A stretch of 64,000 bases of DNA from an uncultured Candidatus Binatia bacterium (GCA_964291295.2 OZ219754.1:3552001-3616000), one strand, 5' to 3'; counted from the stretch's first letter, positions 51,932 through 61,413 are shown. The notes: a model not told the origin generated them from the sequence alone. Numbers and translations are program-made.

Positions 51932-53051
51932 CACCCCGGTTTCCACATTCGCGCGGCGGGGCATCGTCGAAGGCTTCTTCGGTCCCCCGTGGAGCCGGGC
52001 CCACCGCGCGGCCATGTTCGCGTTTGGCGCCGCGCGCGGCATGAACACCTACCTCTACGCACCCAAGGACGACCCCTACCACCGGGAGCGCTGGCATCAG
52101 CCCTACCCGGAGACGGAATGGCGCGAACTCTGCGCGCTCATCGACGCGGCCCGGGGCTGCGGCATCGACTTCGTCTACGGCTTTCACCCGGGCCGGAACC
52201 TCCGCTTTGCCGCGGCGGAACCGGTGCGCCTTCTGCTCGACAAGGCGGCGCGTCTCCAGGATCGGGGCGTGCGCACCTTTGCGGTGCTGTTCGACGACAT
52301 TCCGTCGCGGCTGACGCACACCGAAGACAGGAAGAGGTTCGACGGCAGCCTGGCCAAGGCCGAGTCCCTGTGGCTCGAGGCGGTGCTGGAACAACAGCCC
52401 GCGGGCCGCGATGCGGCGTGGTGGTTCTGTCCCTCGTACTACACGCCCGACCCGCTGTTGGCCCAGACCTTCGGCGAGTTCGAGCCGGAGTTCCCCGAGA
52501 CCGTCGGGCGGTACCTGCCGGCGCCGGTCGACTGCTTATGGACCGGCCCCAAGGTGGTGCCGGAAAGCGTCACCCTGGAACACATGGAGGAGATCGGCCA
52601 ACGGATGGGTCACCGGCTGCTGCTCTGGGACAACTACCCGGTCAACGACCTGACCCGGGCCGACGCCATGCATATCGGCCCCCTCACCGGCCGAGACCCG
52701 CGGCTGCCGGAGCGGGTGCACGCGCACTTGGCCAACCCGCTCCTGCAGGAGCAGCTCAGCTTCATTCCCCTGGCCACCTGCTTCGACTATGCGCGGGAGC
52801 CCGGCACCTACGACCCGGAAACGAGTTGGGATGCGGCGGTGACGGAACGGTTCGGCGCGGCCCACCTGGAACACTGGCGGGCACTCCGGCGGTTCTGCGA
52901 ACAGGATGCCGGCGGCGGCGCGGCGAGGTGCCCCGAGTCCGAGCGGGGCACGCTGGAAGCGGCCCACGCCTACCTGCAGGCCCACCGCGGCGAAGCGTGG
53001 TGCCGTGAATTCGAGCCGTGGCGGGAGCGGCTGGAACAGGCGCTCCGGTAA
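51903..53051 (+). CDS. GH84 beta-N-acetylglucosaminidase (O-GlcNAcase) catalytic domain, no signal peptide
   Basis: RGIVEGFFGPPWS, MNTYLYAPKDDPYHR, catalytic LFDDI, FCPSYY, LWTGPKVV, WDNYPVND; the only in-frame start before the first motif is GTG 51903. Confidence 0.88.
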   Translation: MPGCTTWVRNTPVSTFARRGIVEGFFGPPWSRAHRAAMFAFGAARGMNTYLYAPKDDPYHRERWHQPYPETEWRELCALIDAARGCGIDFVYGFHPGRNLRFAAAEPVRLLLDKAARLQDRGVRTFAVLFDDIPSRLTHTEDRKRFDGSLAKAESLWLEAVLEQQPAGRDAAWWFCPSYYTPDPLLAQTFGEFEPEFPETVGRYLPAPVDCLWTGPKVVPESVTLEHMEEIGQRMGHRLLLWDNYPVNDLTRADAMHIGPLTGRDPRLPERVHAHLANPLLQEQLSFIPLATCFDYAREPGTYDPETSWDAAVTERFGAAHLEHWRALRRFCEQDAGGGAARCPESERGTLEAAHAYLQAHRGEAWCREFEPWRERLEQALR

Positions 53052-53055
53052 CATC

Positions 53056-54363
53056 ATGGACGACAGGACCGTCACCACCCGCGAACTGCTGGCAACCCTG
53101 GAAGAGGTCCGTTCCCGGACCCTGGGTCTGGTGGAGGATCTGTCCGGCGCGCAACTCACCGTGCCCATGTGGAACATCGTCAATCCCCCGCTCTGGGAGA
53201 TCGGACATGTCTCCTGGTTCCACGAACGGTGGGCGCTGCGGCATCTGCGCGGCCGCCGCCCCATCATTGCCAACGGCGACCAACTGTACGATTCCGCGGC
53301 CGTGCACCACGACACCCGCTGGGCGCTGGCGCTGCCGCCGCTGGAGGAAACCCTCGCCTACAAGGCCCGGGTCCTCCGGGAGATCACCGAAGCGCTTCCC
53401 GCCCAACGGCTCGGTCCGGAGGAGACCTGGTTCCACAGGCTGGTCCTCTTTCACGAGGACATGCACGCGGAGGCCATGACCTACACGCGCCAGACCCTGG
53501 GCTATCCCCCGCCTCGGTTCGCGTCCGGACGCGCGGCGCCCCGGGGCGGGCCGTGCCCCGGCGATGTGGCGGTGCCGGGCGGTGCGTTCATCCTCGGCGG
53601 CACGCCGGATCTGCCCTTCGTCTTCGACAACGAGAAGTGGGGGCATCGGGTGACCGTGGCACCATACCGCATGGCCCGGGCGCCGGTAACCAACGAAGCG
53701 TTTGCCGCATTCGCCGACGACAACGGCTACCGGAATCCCCGGTGGTGGAGCACCGAGGGCTGGAACTGGCGGCAGGCCGAGAACCCGGCGCATCCCGTCT
53801 ACTGGAAGCGGGAGGCCCCGGGGCGGTGGCTGGAGCGGCTCTTCGACCGATGGTTGCCACTTCAGCCCGAACTGCCGGTCATCCACGTCAACTGGTACGA
53901 AGCCGAGGCCTGGTGCCGCTGGGCCGGACGCCGGCTGCCCACCGAGGCGGAGTGGGAAATGGCCGCGGCCTCCGGTCCCGGCCCGGGAGCGGCCAAGCGC
54001 GGCTACCCGTGGGGCGACGCCCCGCCGGACCCGGCCTGCGGCAATCTCGACTGGGCGGCCGGCGGACGGCTGCCCGTGGACGCGCTGTCCGCGGGCGACA
54101 GCGCCTTCGGCTGCCGGCAGATGATCGGCAATGTGTGGGAGTGGACAGCCGACACCTTCCACCCCTATCCCGGATTCGTGCGGGATCCCTACAAGGAATA
54201 CTCGGAACCCTGGTTCGGCCACCGCAAAGTGCTGCGCGGCGGCTGCTGGGCCACCCGCTCGCACCTGATCCGCAACACCTGGCGGAACTTCTTCACGCCG
54301 GACCGGCGGGACGTCCTGGCCGGCTTTCGCACCTGCGCGCGCGAGCGGCACGACCGCCGCTAG
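53056..54363 (+). CDS. senA: selenoneine synthase (EgtB-like non-heme iron enzyme)
   Basis: NPPLWEIGHVSWFHERW and FHEDMHAEAMTYTRQTL (SenA-type, not EgtB HHEQQHQE); FGE-like domain (FDNEKW, RLPTEAEWE, GNVWEW, RNFF); adjacent to senB. Confidence 0.85.
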   Translation: MDDRTVTTRELLATLEEVRSRTLGLVEDLSGAQLTVPMWNIVNPPLWEIGHVSWFHERWALRHLRGRRPIIANGDQLYDSAAVHHDTRWALALPPLEETLAYKARVLREITEALPAQRLGPEETWFHRLVLFHEDMHAEAMTYTRQTLGYPPPRFASGRAAPRGGPCPGDVAVPGGAFILGGTPDLPFVFDNEKWGHRVTVAPYRMARAPVTNEAFAAFADDNGYRNPRWWSTEGWNWRQAENPAHPVYWKREAPGRWLERLFDRWLPLQPELPVIHVNWYEAEAWCRWAGRRLPTEAEWEMAAASGPGPGAAKRGYPWGDAPPDPACGNLDWAAGGRLPVDALSAGDSAFGCRQMIGNVWEWTADTFHPYPGFVRDPYKEYSEPWFGHRKVLRGGCWATRSHLIRNTWRNFFTPDRRDVLAGFRTCARERHDRR

Positions 54364-54376
54364 ACTGGAAGACAAC

Positions 54377-55357
54377 TTGGCACGAAAGAACCCCGCGCCG
54401 ACCCGGGTTGCCCTCGTGACCCCCGCCGGGCCCACGCGGCGTACGGGCAACCGGATATCCGGAGGCAGGTGGGCGCGCATCCTCCGGGCCTCGGGACATC
54501 GGGTTGCAGCCCTGGACCGATATGAACGCGAGCCCTGCGACCTGCTGATCGCACTCCACGCCCGGCGCAGCCATGACTCCATCCGGCGGTTCCGCGACCG
54601 GCATCCCGGCAAGCCGCTGGTCGTGGTGTTGACCGGCACGGACCTCTACCGCGACATTCACGTGGACCCGGACTCCCGGGAATCCCTGGGGTTGGCCGAC
54701 CGCCTGGTGGTGCTGCAGCGCAAGGGGCTGGACGAACTCGCTCCGGGGCTGCGCGGGAAGACCCGGGTCATCTACCAGTCCGCCTCGGCCCGCCCCGGCC
54801 GCCCCGGCGACCCCGGCAAGCAGTTCACCGTGGCCGTGGTGGGCCACATGCGCCCGGAGAAGGACCCGTTCCGGACGGCCATGGCGGTGCGTTCATTGCC
54901 GCGCGCATCACGGGTCCGGGTGGTGCACATCGGCGCCGCCTTCAGCAACGGCATGGCCCGGCGCGCGGCGCGGGAGGCGGAACGCAATCCTCGCTACCGG
55001 TGGCTGGGCGAACTGCCCCACTGGAGGACGCGGCAACTCCTGGCCAACAGCCACCTGGCCTCCCTCACCTCGCGCATGGAGGGCAGCTCGAACGTCCTGT
55101 GCGAGGCGCTGGCCTCCAGCGTACCCGTGGCGGCCTCCAGGATCTCCGGACTGATGGGCACCCTGGGAGAAGATTTTCCGGGCTACTACGAACTCGGCGA
55201 CACCGCCGGCCTGAAGCGCCTGCTGCTCCGGGCCGAGAACGACCCGCCTTTCTACCAGAGCCTGGCGCGGCACTGCGCCGAGGTGGCGCCGCTGGTGAAT
55301 CCCGAGCGCGAGATCCGGACGTGGCAGGGATTGATCGATGAGCTTACGACGGGTTGA
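54377..55357 (+). CDS. senB: selenosugar synthase, GT-B glycosyltransferase
   Basis: VTPA...GNR...RWA, LIALHARRS, VLTGTDLYRDI, GHMRPEKDP, SRMEG..NV..EA; TTG start. Confidence 0.87.
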   Translation: MARKNPAPTRVALVTPAGPTRRTGNRISGGRWARILRASGHRVAALDRYEREPCDLLIALHARRSHDSIRRFRDRHPGKPLVVVLTGTDLYRDIHVDPDSRESLGLADRLVVLQRKGLDELAPGLRGKTRVIYQSASARPGRPGDPGKQFTVAVVGHMRPEKDPFRTAMAVRSLPRASRVRVVHIGAAFSNGMARRAAREAERNPRYRWLGELPHWRTRQLLANSHLASLTSRMEGSSNVLCEALASSVPVAASRISGLMGTLGEDFPGYYELGDTAGLKRLLLRAENDPPFYQSLARHCAEVAPLVNPEREIRTWQGLIDELTTG

Positions 55358-55381
55358 AGCGAGGGACCGGTCGGACAGCAC

Positions 55382-56539
55382 TCAGCCGGACAGCACCTCG
55401 ATCAGATTGTCCGCCACGGTGTCCAACTCGCGGCGGGTGATGACCAGCGGCGGCAGCAGCCGGATCACCGTCGATCCCGCGGGCAGCGCCAGCACGCCTT
55501 TCTCCAGCAACGCCACGAGATGGGGCTGGGACTTCTCCCTGAGTTCGATGCCGATCATCAAGCCCAGCTGGCGGATCTCTCGAACCCTGGGCAAATCCGC
55601 GGCCCTGAGCCGCTCCACCAGACGGGCACCCTTCTCCTCGGCGGCCTCGGCCAGCCGCTCGTCGATCATGGCGTCGATGGCCGCCAGCGCGGCGGCGCAT
55701 GCCAGCGGGTTGCCGCCGAAGGTGCTGCCGTGGCGCCCCACCGGCACCTGGACGTTGTCGGCGCAGACCACCGCGCCCATGGGGATGCCTCCGGCCATGG
55801 CCTTGGCCAGGCACAGGATGTCGGGCTCGAGACCGAAATGCTCGCAGGCGAACATCCGGCCGGTGCGGCAAAAGCCGGTCTGGACCTCGTCGACAATGAA
55901 AAGGACGCCCCGCTCCCGGCACAGTTCGCTCACCTGGGCGAAGAACTCGGCCTGGCCCAGATTGACGCCGCCCTCGCCCTGGACGATCTCCAGCATCACC
56001 GCTGCGGTGCCGTCATTCACCTTCTCCGCCAACTTGGCGAAGTTGTTGAAGGGCGTGAACTGGAAGCCCTCGACGACGGGCAGGAAGGGTTCGCGGTACT
56101 CCTTCGTGAACGTGGCGCTCAGCGCCCCCATGGTGCGGCCGTGAAATCCGCGCATGGCGCACACGAACTCCTGCCTGCCGGTGGTGAAGCGGGCGAACTT
56201 GATGGCCGCCTCGATGGTTTCGGTGCCCGAGTTGCACAGGAAGGCGCGGTTGAGATTGCCGGGGGTGATGCCGGCCAGCCGTTCCAGCAGCCGCGCCCTG
56301 ACGTCGTTGTAGAAGATGCCGGGGCAGCTCATCAGACGTCCGGCCTGCTCGGCCACCGCCCGCACCACTCCGGGGTGGCCGTGCCCCAGGTTGGCGACGC
56401 CGTGGCCGGCCACACAGTCGATGTACTCACGACCCTCGTCGTCCCAGACCCGGGCGCCCTCGCCGCGCACCAACACGACGTCGCGCTTGGGATAGACATC
56501 GAACTCGTACCGTTGCTGCAACGCCTTCAGGTCCGTCAC
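55382..56539 (-). CDS. lysJ: [LysW]-aminoadipate/glutamate semialdehyde transaminase (LysJ/ArgD)
   Basis: NSGTETIEAAIK, GFHGRT.GALS, VQGEGG, DEVQTG, LAKAMAGG, HGSTFGGNPL; in the LysW operon. Confidence 0.85.
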   Translation of the reverse strand: MTDLKALQQRYEFDVYPKRDVVLVRGEGARVWDDEGREYIDCVAGHGVANLGHGHPGVVRAVAEQAGRLMSCPGIFYNDVRARLLERLAGITPGNLNRAFLCNSGTETIEAAIKFARFTTGRQEFVCAMRGFHGRTMGALSATFTKEYREPFLPVVEGFQFTPFNNFAKLAEKVNDGTAAVMLEIVQGEGGVNLGQAEFFAQVSELCRERGVLFIVDEVQTGFCRTGRMFACEHFGLEPDILCLAKAMAGGIPMGAVVCADNVQVPVGRHGSTFGGNPLACAAALAAIDAMIDERLAEAAEEKGARLVERLRAADLPRVREIRQLGLMIGIELREKSQPHLVALLEKGVLALPAGSTVIRLLPPLVITRRELDTVADNLIEVLSG

Positions 56540-57327
56540 CGGATCACCGTTCCTTTCCCCGCCAGGGCGTCCCGCACCGGATGCGCCACCCGGCCGTCGC
56601 CCATGATGACCTTTTTCGCGCCCTCCTCGAACAGCTGGCGCAGAGCCCGCATCTTGCGCTTCATGCGCCCTTCCACCTGGGCCTCCCGCTGCTCGAGTTC
56701 GGCAACGCGGAGGGCGGGCACCACGGTGCTCTCGTCGTCCTTGTCCGCGAGAAACCCGGGTGCCTCGATGAGTTGCAGCACCACCTCGGCATGAAAGGCG
56801 GCCTGGAGCACGTTGAGGATGTCGTCGTTCTCCGAGTTGATGGCGGTGTGGTGCTCGTCGAGAATGGGGATGGACAGCACCGGCACGTAGCCCCCGTCAA
56901 GCAGCCACTGGAACAACTCCTTGTTGGCGCTCCTGGGCTTGCCGGAGAAGTCCCGGACGATGACGGTCTTGCCGTTCTTCCGCACCCGGATGCCCTTGTT
57001 GCGCCGTCCCTGGATGGCGCGGCCGTCGATGCCCGAGAGGCCCACGGCGTTGACCCCGTTCTGCTGCAGCAACTCCACGATGCGCTTGTTCTGAACGCCC
57101 GCGTAACCCATGAGGATGGCGTCGAGCGCGGCCTTGTCGGAAAGCACGCTGGTGTAGCCCGACACCGACGTCACCACCTGGGTGGGGCTGCCCAGCCTGG
57201 CCGCGATGGCGTCCCGCAACGCGTTGGCGCCGTGCACCACGATGAAACGGTCCGTTGCCGAGGCCAGATCCTCGGCAATGCCCGGCAGGTTGATGGCGCC
57301 GCCGCCGCCGACCTTCACCAGAATCAT
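56536..57327 (-). CDS. lysZ: [LysW]-aminoadipate/glutamate kinase
   Basis: MILVKVGGG, VVHGA, SVSGYTSV.SD, GLSGIDG, GRMKRK; coupled to both neighbours. Confidence 0.87.
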   Translation of the reverse strand: MILVKVGGGGAINLPGIAEDLASATDRFIVVHGANALRDAIAARLGSPTQVVTSVSGYTSVLSDKAALDAILMGYAGVQNKRIVELLQQNGVNAVGLSGIDGRAIQGRRNKGIRVRKNGKTVIVRDFSGKPRSANKELFQWLLDGGYVPVLSIPILDEHHTAINSENDDILNVLQAAFHAEVVLQLIEAPGFLADKDDESTVVPALRVAELEQREAQVEGRMKRKMRALRQLFEEGAKKVIMGDGRVAHPVRDALAGKGTVIR

Positions 57328-57962
57328 CGGAGCCGCTCCACCGTGTCGTTGGGGATCATGCGCCACTCCGGCAGGTCCGCCACGGTCTCGGAACTGACGG
57401 TGAAACCGCCGCCGCTCTCGCGCAAGCGCAGCCTGAAGTACTCCGGCGCCTCGTTGTAGAACGATCCCACGTAGACATTCTCCCGGTCCGCGATGATCAT
57501 GTTCATGGCCCGGACGTAGCGCGTCCTGCGGACCAGCAGATCCATCCCCTTGCGCAGGGCCGCGGCCATGTCGCCCTTGTCGAAGCGCTTGATGGTGTTG
57601 AACACCTTTTCCGCGCCGATGCGGCCTTCCGCGCGGATCCGGACACCCCGCAACTCGCCGTTGAACGCGAACACGTACCGGTGGTCGGAGAACGGCATGT
57701 TGTTCTCCACCACGACGTTCTCGTCCCGGAACGCGCTGCGGGCATGACCCACCAGCAGCGTCGTGGCGCCGAACCGATCCAGGTCGTCCTCCCAGATGGG
57801 CCTGATGTTGCGATAGATCCGCCACGCGCCGTCCACGAGGAAGGCGCAGCCCCAGCCGTGACCCTGGTATTCGGGGCTGCGGCGGGCGATGTCGGCCAGC
57901 TCCGTCAGGCGCGAGCCGATGTCGAACGGCTCCCGGTTCTTGACGCACAACAGGCGGCACAT
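57324..57962 (-). CDS. class II glutamine amidotransferase-like Ntn hydrolase (EgtC/YafJ/DUG3-like)
   Basis: N-terminal MCRLL (Cys nucleophile), HGWG, GHARSA, NNMPF, FNGEL, VSSE. Confidence 0.82.
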   Translation of the reverse strand: MCRLLCVKNREPFDIGSRLTELADIARRSPEYQGHGWGCAFLVDGAWRIYRNIRPIWEDDLDRFGATTLLVGHARSAFRDENVVVENNMPFSDHRYVFAFNGELRGVRIRAEGRIGAEKVFNTIKRFDKGDMAAALRKGMDLLVRRTRYVRAMNMIIADRENVYVGSFYNEAPEYFRLRLRESGGGFTVSSETVADLPEWRMIPNDTVERLR

Positions 57963-57981
57963 GGCTGACGGCCCGGACGCG

Positions 57982-59034
57982 CTAGGCGCCCGGGTGCAGC
58001 CCCGGGAACTCCAGTCCCAGGGTCTCCTCGAAGCCGCTCATGAGGTTGAAGGCCTGAACCGCCTGGCCCGAGGCGCCCTTCATGAGATTGTCCAGCGCGC
58101 TCAGCACCACCAGCCGGTCCGACCCTTTCTCCTTCTGGAAACCGATGTCGCAGTAATTGGTGCCGCTCAGCAGCTTCGGTTCCGGATAGCGGTAGATCCC
58201 GTCGGCCTCCTTCACGATGCGGAGAAAAGGCTCCCTGCCGTAGACCTCGCGGTAGAGCTTCCAGACATCCTTTTCTTCAAGCGGTTCCTTGAGGAACAGG
58301 TGGCAGGTGGCCAGCACCCCCCGCACCCTCTCGATGGAGGTGGCGGAAAAGTAGACCCGGATGGGCTTGCCGAAACCCAGTTCCTGGACGATCTCCGCGC
58401 CGTGGCGGTGCCGGGTGGGCATGAACGAGCGCACGGCGCCGCTCCGTTCCGGATGGTGGGACGCGTCGGTGGCAACGCGGCCGCCCTCGCTGGAGCCCAC
58501 CTTGACCTCCACCACCGTGCGGTCCGTGTCCACCAATCCTTTGCTGAAGAACGGGTAGATGCCGAGGATGGTGGCGGTGGCGTTGCAGCCGGCGCCGGTG
58601 ACGAGACGCGCGCCCCGGATCTCCTCGCGGTGCAGTTCGGGAACGCCGTAGACGAACTCCTCGAGGAGATCCGGGCGCGGGTGGTGCGTCCCGTACCAGC
58701 ACCGGTACGCCTCCGCGTCGTTGAGCCGGAAGTCGGCGCTCAGGTCGATGAGCTTCGGCGCCAGTGCCCGGAACGAATCGATGCGCTCCATGGCCTGGCC
58801 GTGGGGCAGGCAGAGGAACAGCAGGTCGCACGGCTTGATTTCGTCCATCGTGCGGAAGCGCAGCTGCGTCCGCTTGCGCAGATTGGGATGGGCCTTGAAC
58901 AGAAACTTGCCGGCGTAGCGCTCCGAGGTGACGTCGCCGACCTCCACCCGGGGGTGCCAAAGGAGCAGGCGCAGGAGCTCGCCGCCGGTGTAGCCGGAGC
59001 CCCCCACGATGGAGACCCTCAGCTTGTCCGCCAC
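57982..59034 (-). CDS. lysY: [LysW]-aminoadipyl/glutamyl-phosphate reductase (LysY/ArgC)
   Basis: GGSGYTGGELLRLL, LPHG, IDLSADFRL, GAGCNATA, SHHPERS, DNLMKGASG. Confidence 0.9.
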   Translation of the reverse strand: MADKLRVSIVGGSGYTGGELLRLLLWHPRVEVGDVTSERYAGKFLFKAHPNLRKRTQLRFRTMDEIKPCDLLFLCLPHGQAMERIDSFRALAPKLIDLSADFRLNDAEAYRCWYGTHHPRPDLLEEFVYGVPELHREEIRGARLVTGAGCNATATILGIYPFFSKGLVDTDRTVVEVKVGSSEGGRVATDASHHPERSGAVRSFMPTRHRHGAEIVQELGFGKPIRVYFSATSIERVRGVLATCHLFLKEPLEEKDVWKLYREVYGREPFLRIVKEADGIYRYPEPKLLSGTNYCDIGFQKEKGSDRLVVLSALDNLMKGASGQAVQAFNLMSGFEETLGLEFPGLHPGA

Positions 59035-59089
59035 GGCTGCCGCCCTCCTCCCCGGCACGTCCCGCGCATCCGCTCCCCGCGCCGGCCCA

Positions 59090-59962
59090 TCAGGCCACGT
59101 CCCTGCGCGCCTGCTCTTCCCGCGCCGCGCCGAGCACATGCGCGACGATGAGCCCGGGAATGTTCACCCCGGTGGTATCGATGCTGTTCCGGAACTCCAT
59201 GGTGTAGTTGACTTCGTTGACCAGAAGGCCGCCGACGGTTTCAAGCAGGTCCACCGCAACGATACCGCCGCCCACCGCCCGGGCGGCGCGGAGCGAGAGG
59301 TCTCGCAACTCGTCCGTGACCGGGCAGTTCTCGGCGCGTCCTCCCCGGGCCGTGTTGGTGATCCAGTGCCCGCTGTAGCGGTAGATGGCGGCGACGCACG
59401 CGTCGCCCACGACAAAGCTCCGGATGTCGCGCCCGGTCTTCTCGATATACTCCTGAACGTAGAAGATGGAGTGGTGGTAACTGCCCAGGATCGCCTTGTG
59501 TTCGAGGATCGTTTCGGCCGCGTCCCGGTCGTTCACCTTGGCCAGCAGCCGGCCCCAGGAGCCCACCGCCGGCTTCAGCACCACCGGGTAGCCCATCGCC
59601 TCGATGGCCTCCAGGGTGGATTCCTCGGTGAAGGCGATGCGCACCTCGGGCTGGGGCACGCCGTGCTCCTGCAGGTGTACCGAAGTGAGGATCTTGTCGC
59701 CGCATACCGTGGCCACCGACGACGCGTTGATGCAGCGCACCCCCGCGCTCTCGAAGAGCCGCAGCCCGTGCAGCGCCCGGGAATGGTTGATGCACCGCTC
59801 CAGCAGAACGTCCAGGTCGAACCGGTCCTTGCCCAGGTTGAATGCGAGCCGCCGGTCGTCGATCAATTGGAGTTCCACGCCGGCATGCCGGCGAAACTCC
59901 TTGATCAGCAGCTTCTCCTCCGGGCGCACCAGTGAATGCAGCAACCCGATTTTCAAGCTCAT
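59090..59962 (-). CDS. lysX: amino acid--LysW ligase (LysX/ArgX, ATP-grasp)
   Basis: [47 protein letters not shown]. Confidence 0.92.
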   Translation of the reverse strand: MSLKIGLLHSLVRPEEKLLIKEFRRHAGVELQLIDDRRLAFNLGKDRFDLDVLLERCINHSRALHGLRLFESAGVRCINASSVATVCGDKILTSVHLQEHGVPQPEVRIAFTEESTLEAIEAMGYPVVLKPAVGSWGRLLAKVNDRDAAETILEHKAILGSYHHSIFYVQEYIEKTGRDIRSFVVGDACVAAIYRYSGHWITNTARGGRAENCPVTDELRDLSLRAARAVGGGIVAVDLLETVGGLLVNEVNYTMEFRNSIDTTGVNIPGLIVAHVLGAAREEQARRDVA

Positions 59963-60123
59963 TCCCCCCAGTCTTCCTCTTCCTGGGGCGCCTCTTCCAC
60001 CGCCGGAGGATCCAGGCTGGTGACCTCCAACTCGATACCGCAGTCGGCACAGGCGATCAGCTCGCCCTCCACCGCGTCATCCTCCAGTTCCAGTTCCGCG
60101 TCGCATACCGGGCACTCAACCAT
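59959..60123 (-). CDS. lysW: amino-group carrier protein LysW (54 aa, absent from the ORF track)
   Basis: [54 protein letters not shown]: two CxxC, C-terminal EDWGE, GGAGG RBS, ATGA overlap with lysX. Confidence 0.97.
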   Translation of the reverse strand: MVECPVCDAELELEDDAVEGELIACADCGIELEVTSLDPPAVEEAPQEEEDWGE

Positions 60124-60336
60124 CGACGGATACCTCCCTGTTACGTGGAATCACTCGCAAGCCCCCGGCCCACGCATCGCCAACGCGGGCGGGATGCTCC
60201 CGGCCGGCGCGGATACCGGCCGCGGCGCGCCGGCCATCAACGAGGCCGGTTCGGGTCGGCTCGCCCCGTGTTCCGGCCGGGGCCGGCAATACCGCGGCCG
60301 GCCGGTGCTTCTGTCCTCGCGGCCGCCGCCAACGCC

Positions 60337-61368
60337 TCACAATCCGTAGTAACGCTTGGGATTGTCGCACAGGATCTTCTTGCGCAGACCGGGGCTGACA
60401 TCCTCCCGGGCAAAGAAGTCCGGCAGATCGCGGAAGAATTCCGAGCGCGCCCGCTCGTGGGGAAAGTCCGAGGCCCACAGCACCTGATCCCCGCCGAGCC
60501 TCTCCAGCACGTATGGCAGCGCCTTCTCGTCCACCTCGCAGGTGAAGAACAGGTTGCCGCCGCGAATGATGTCGCTCGGGCGCTGCCTCACCGCCAGCGC
60601 CGCGCCGCGCCGCTCCCAGTTCTCGTCCAGCGCGTCCATCATGAACGGCACCCAGCCGGTGCCGCACTCCAGGTAGGCCACCCGCAGGTCGGGGAAGCGG
60701 TCGTACACGCCGGCGTTGATCATGCTCATCATCTGCACCATCTGCGGCATGGCGTGCTCCAGCGGTCGCGCCTCGGCCAGGCTCTCGAAGATGTCGAGGC
60801 CCAGGCCCGCCACCGGACCGCCATGGACCGCCAGCGGACAATCCAACCGTTCCGCTTCGGCGTAGATCGGGTCGAACCGGCTTCCCCCCAGACCCGCCAG
60901 CGGCGCCATCACGGACGGGATCACGCCCGCCACCATTCCCAGTTCGTCCACGCACCGGCGCAACTCCGCGACCGCGGCGTCGATGTCCTGCACCGGCAGC
61001 AGCGCCACCCCCTTGAGCCGGTCCGACTGACGCCCGAAACAGTCGTACAGCCAGTCGTTGTAGGCCCGGGCCACGGCCGTCGCCCAGCCCTTGTTCCGGA
61101 TCTGGCCGTGGAACAGCGCGTTGCTGGGATAGAGGATGGTCCGGTGGATCCCGGACTCGTCGAGAAAGCTCAGCCAGTTGGCCGCGTCCGGCACCTCCGC
61201 CTTGTGGCGGGACGACATGCCGCGCATCCAACCGTCGGTGAGGGGAAACAGGTAATACTCCCGGGTCCAGTCCTTCTCGGACCAGGGCGCGGGCAGATAG
61301 CGGCGCAGGTCCTTGTCCTGGTCCACCACGTGGCCGTCGGCGTCGATAATGTCATGTTCGCATTCCAT
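60337..61368 (-). CDS. amidohydrolase family 2 protein
   Basis: IDADGHV, RAYNDWL, LAVHG, RFPDLRVAYLECG, WASDFPH. Confidence 0.87.
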   Translation of the reverse strand: MECEHDIIDADGHVVDQDKDLRRYLPAPWSEKDWTREYYLFPLTDGWMRGMSSRHKAEVPDAANWLSFLDESGIHRTILYPSNALFHGQIRNKGWATAVARAYNDWLYDCFGRQSDRLKGVALLPVQDIDAAVAELRRCVDELGMVAGVIPSVMAPLAGLGGSRFDPIYAEAERLDCPLAVHGGPVAGLGLDIFESLAEARPLEHAMPQMVQMMSMINAGVYDRFPDLRVAYLECGTGWVPFMMDALDENWERRGAALAVRQRPSDIIRGGNLFFTCEVDEKALPYVLERLGGDQVLWASDFPHERARSEFFRDLPDFFAREDVSPGLRKKILCDNPKRYYGL

Positions 61369-61413
61369 GTCGGCCTCCACCGCCGGACTCGTGCGGCACC
61401 CCGGCGTCGTGCC

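Noticed and set aside
53056-54363. Calling this gene egtB or ovoA
   Set aside because: Metal-binding region is SenA-type, there is no OvoA methyltransferase domain, and senB is adjacent
60124-60336. Lysine riboswitch or ARG box upstream of lysW
   Set aside because: Only GC-rich CCGGCC palindromes; no recognisable riboswitch core or AT-rich ARG box
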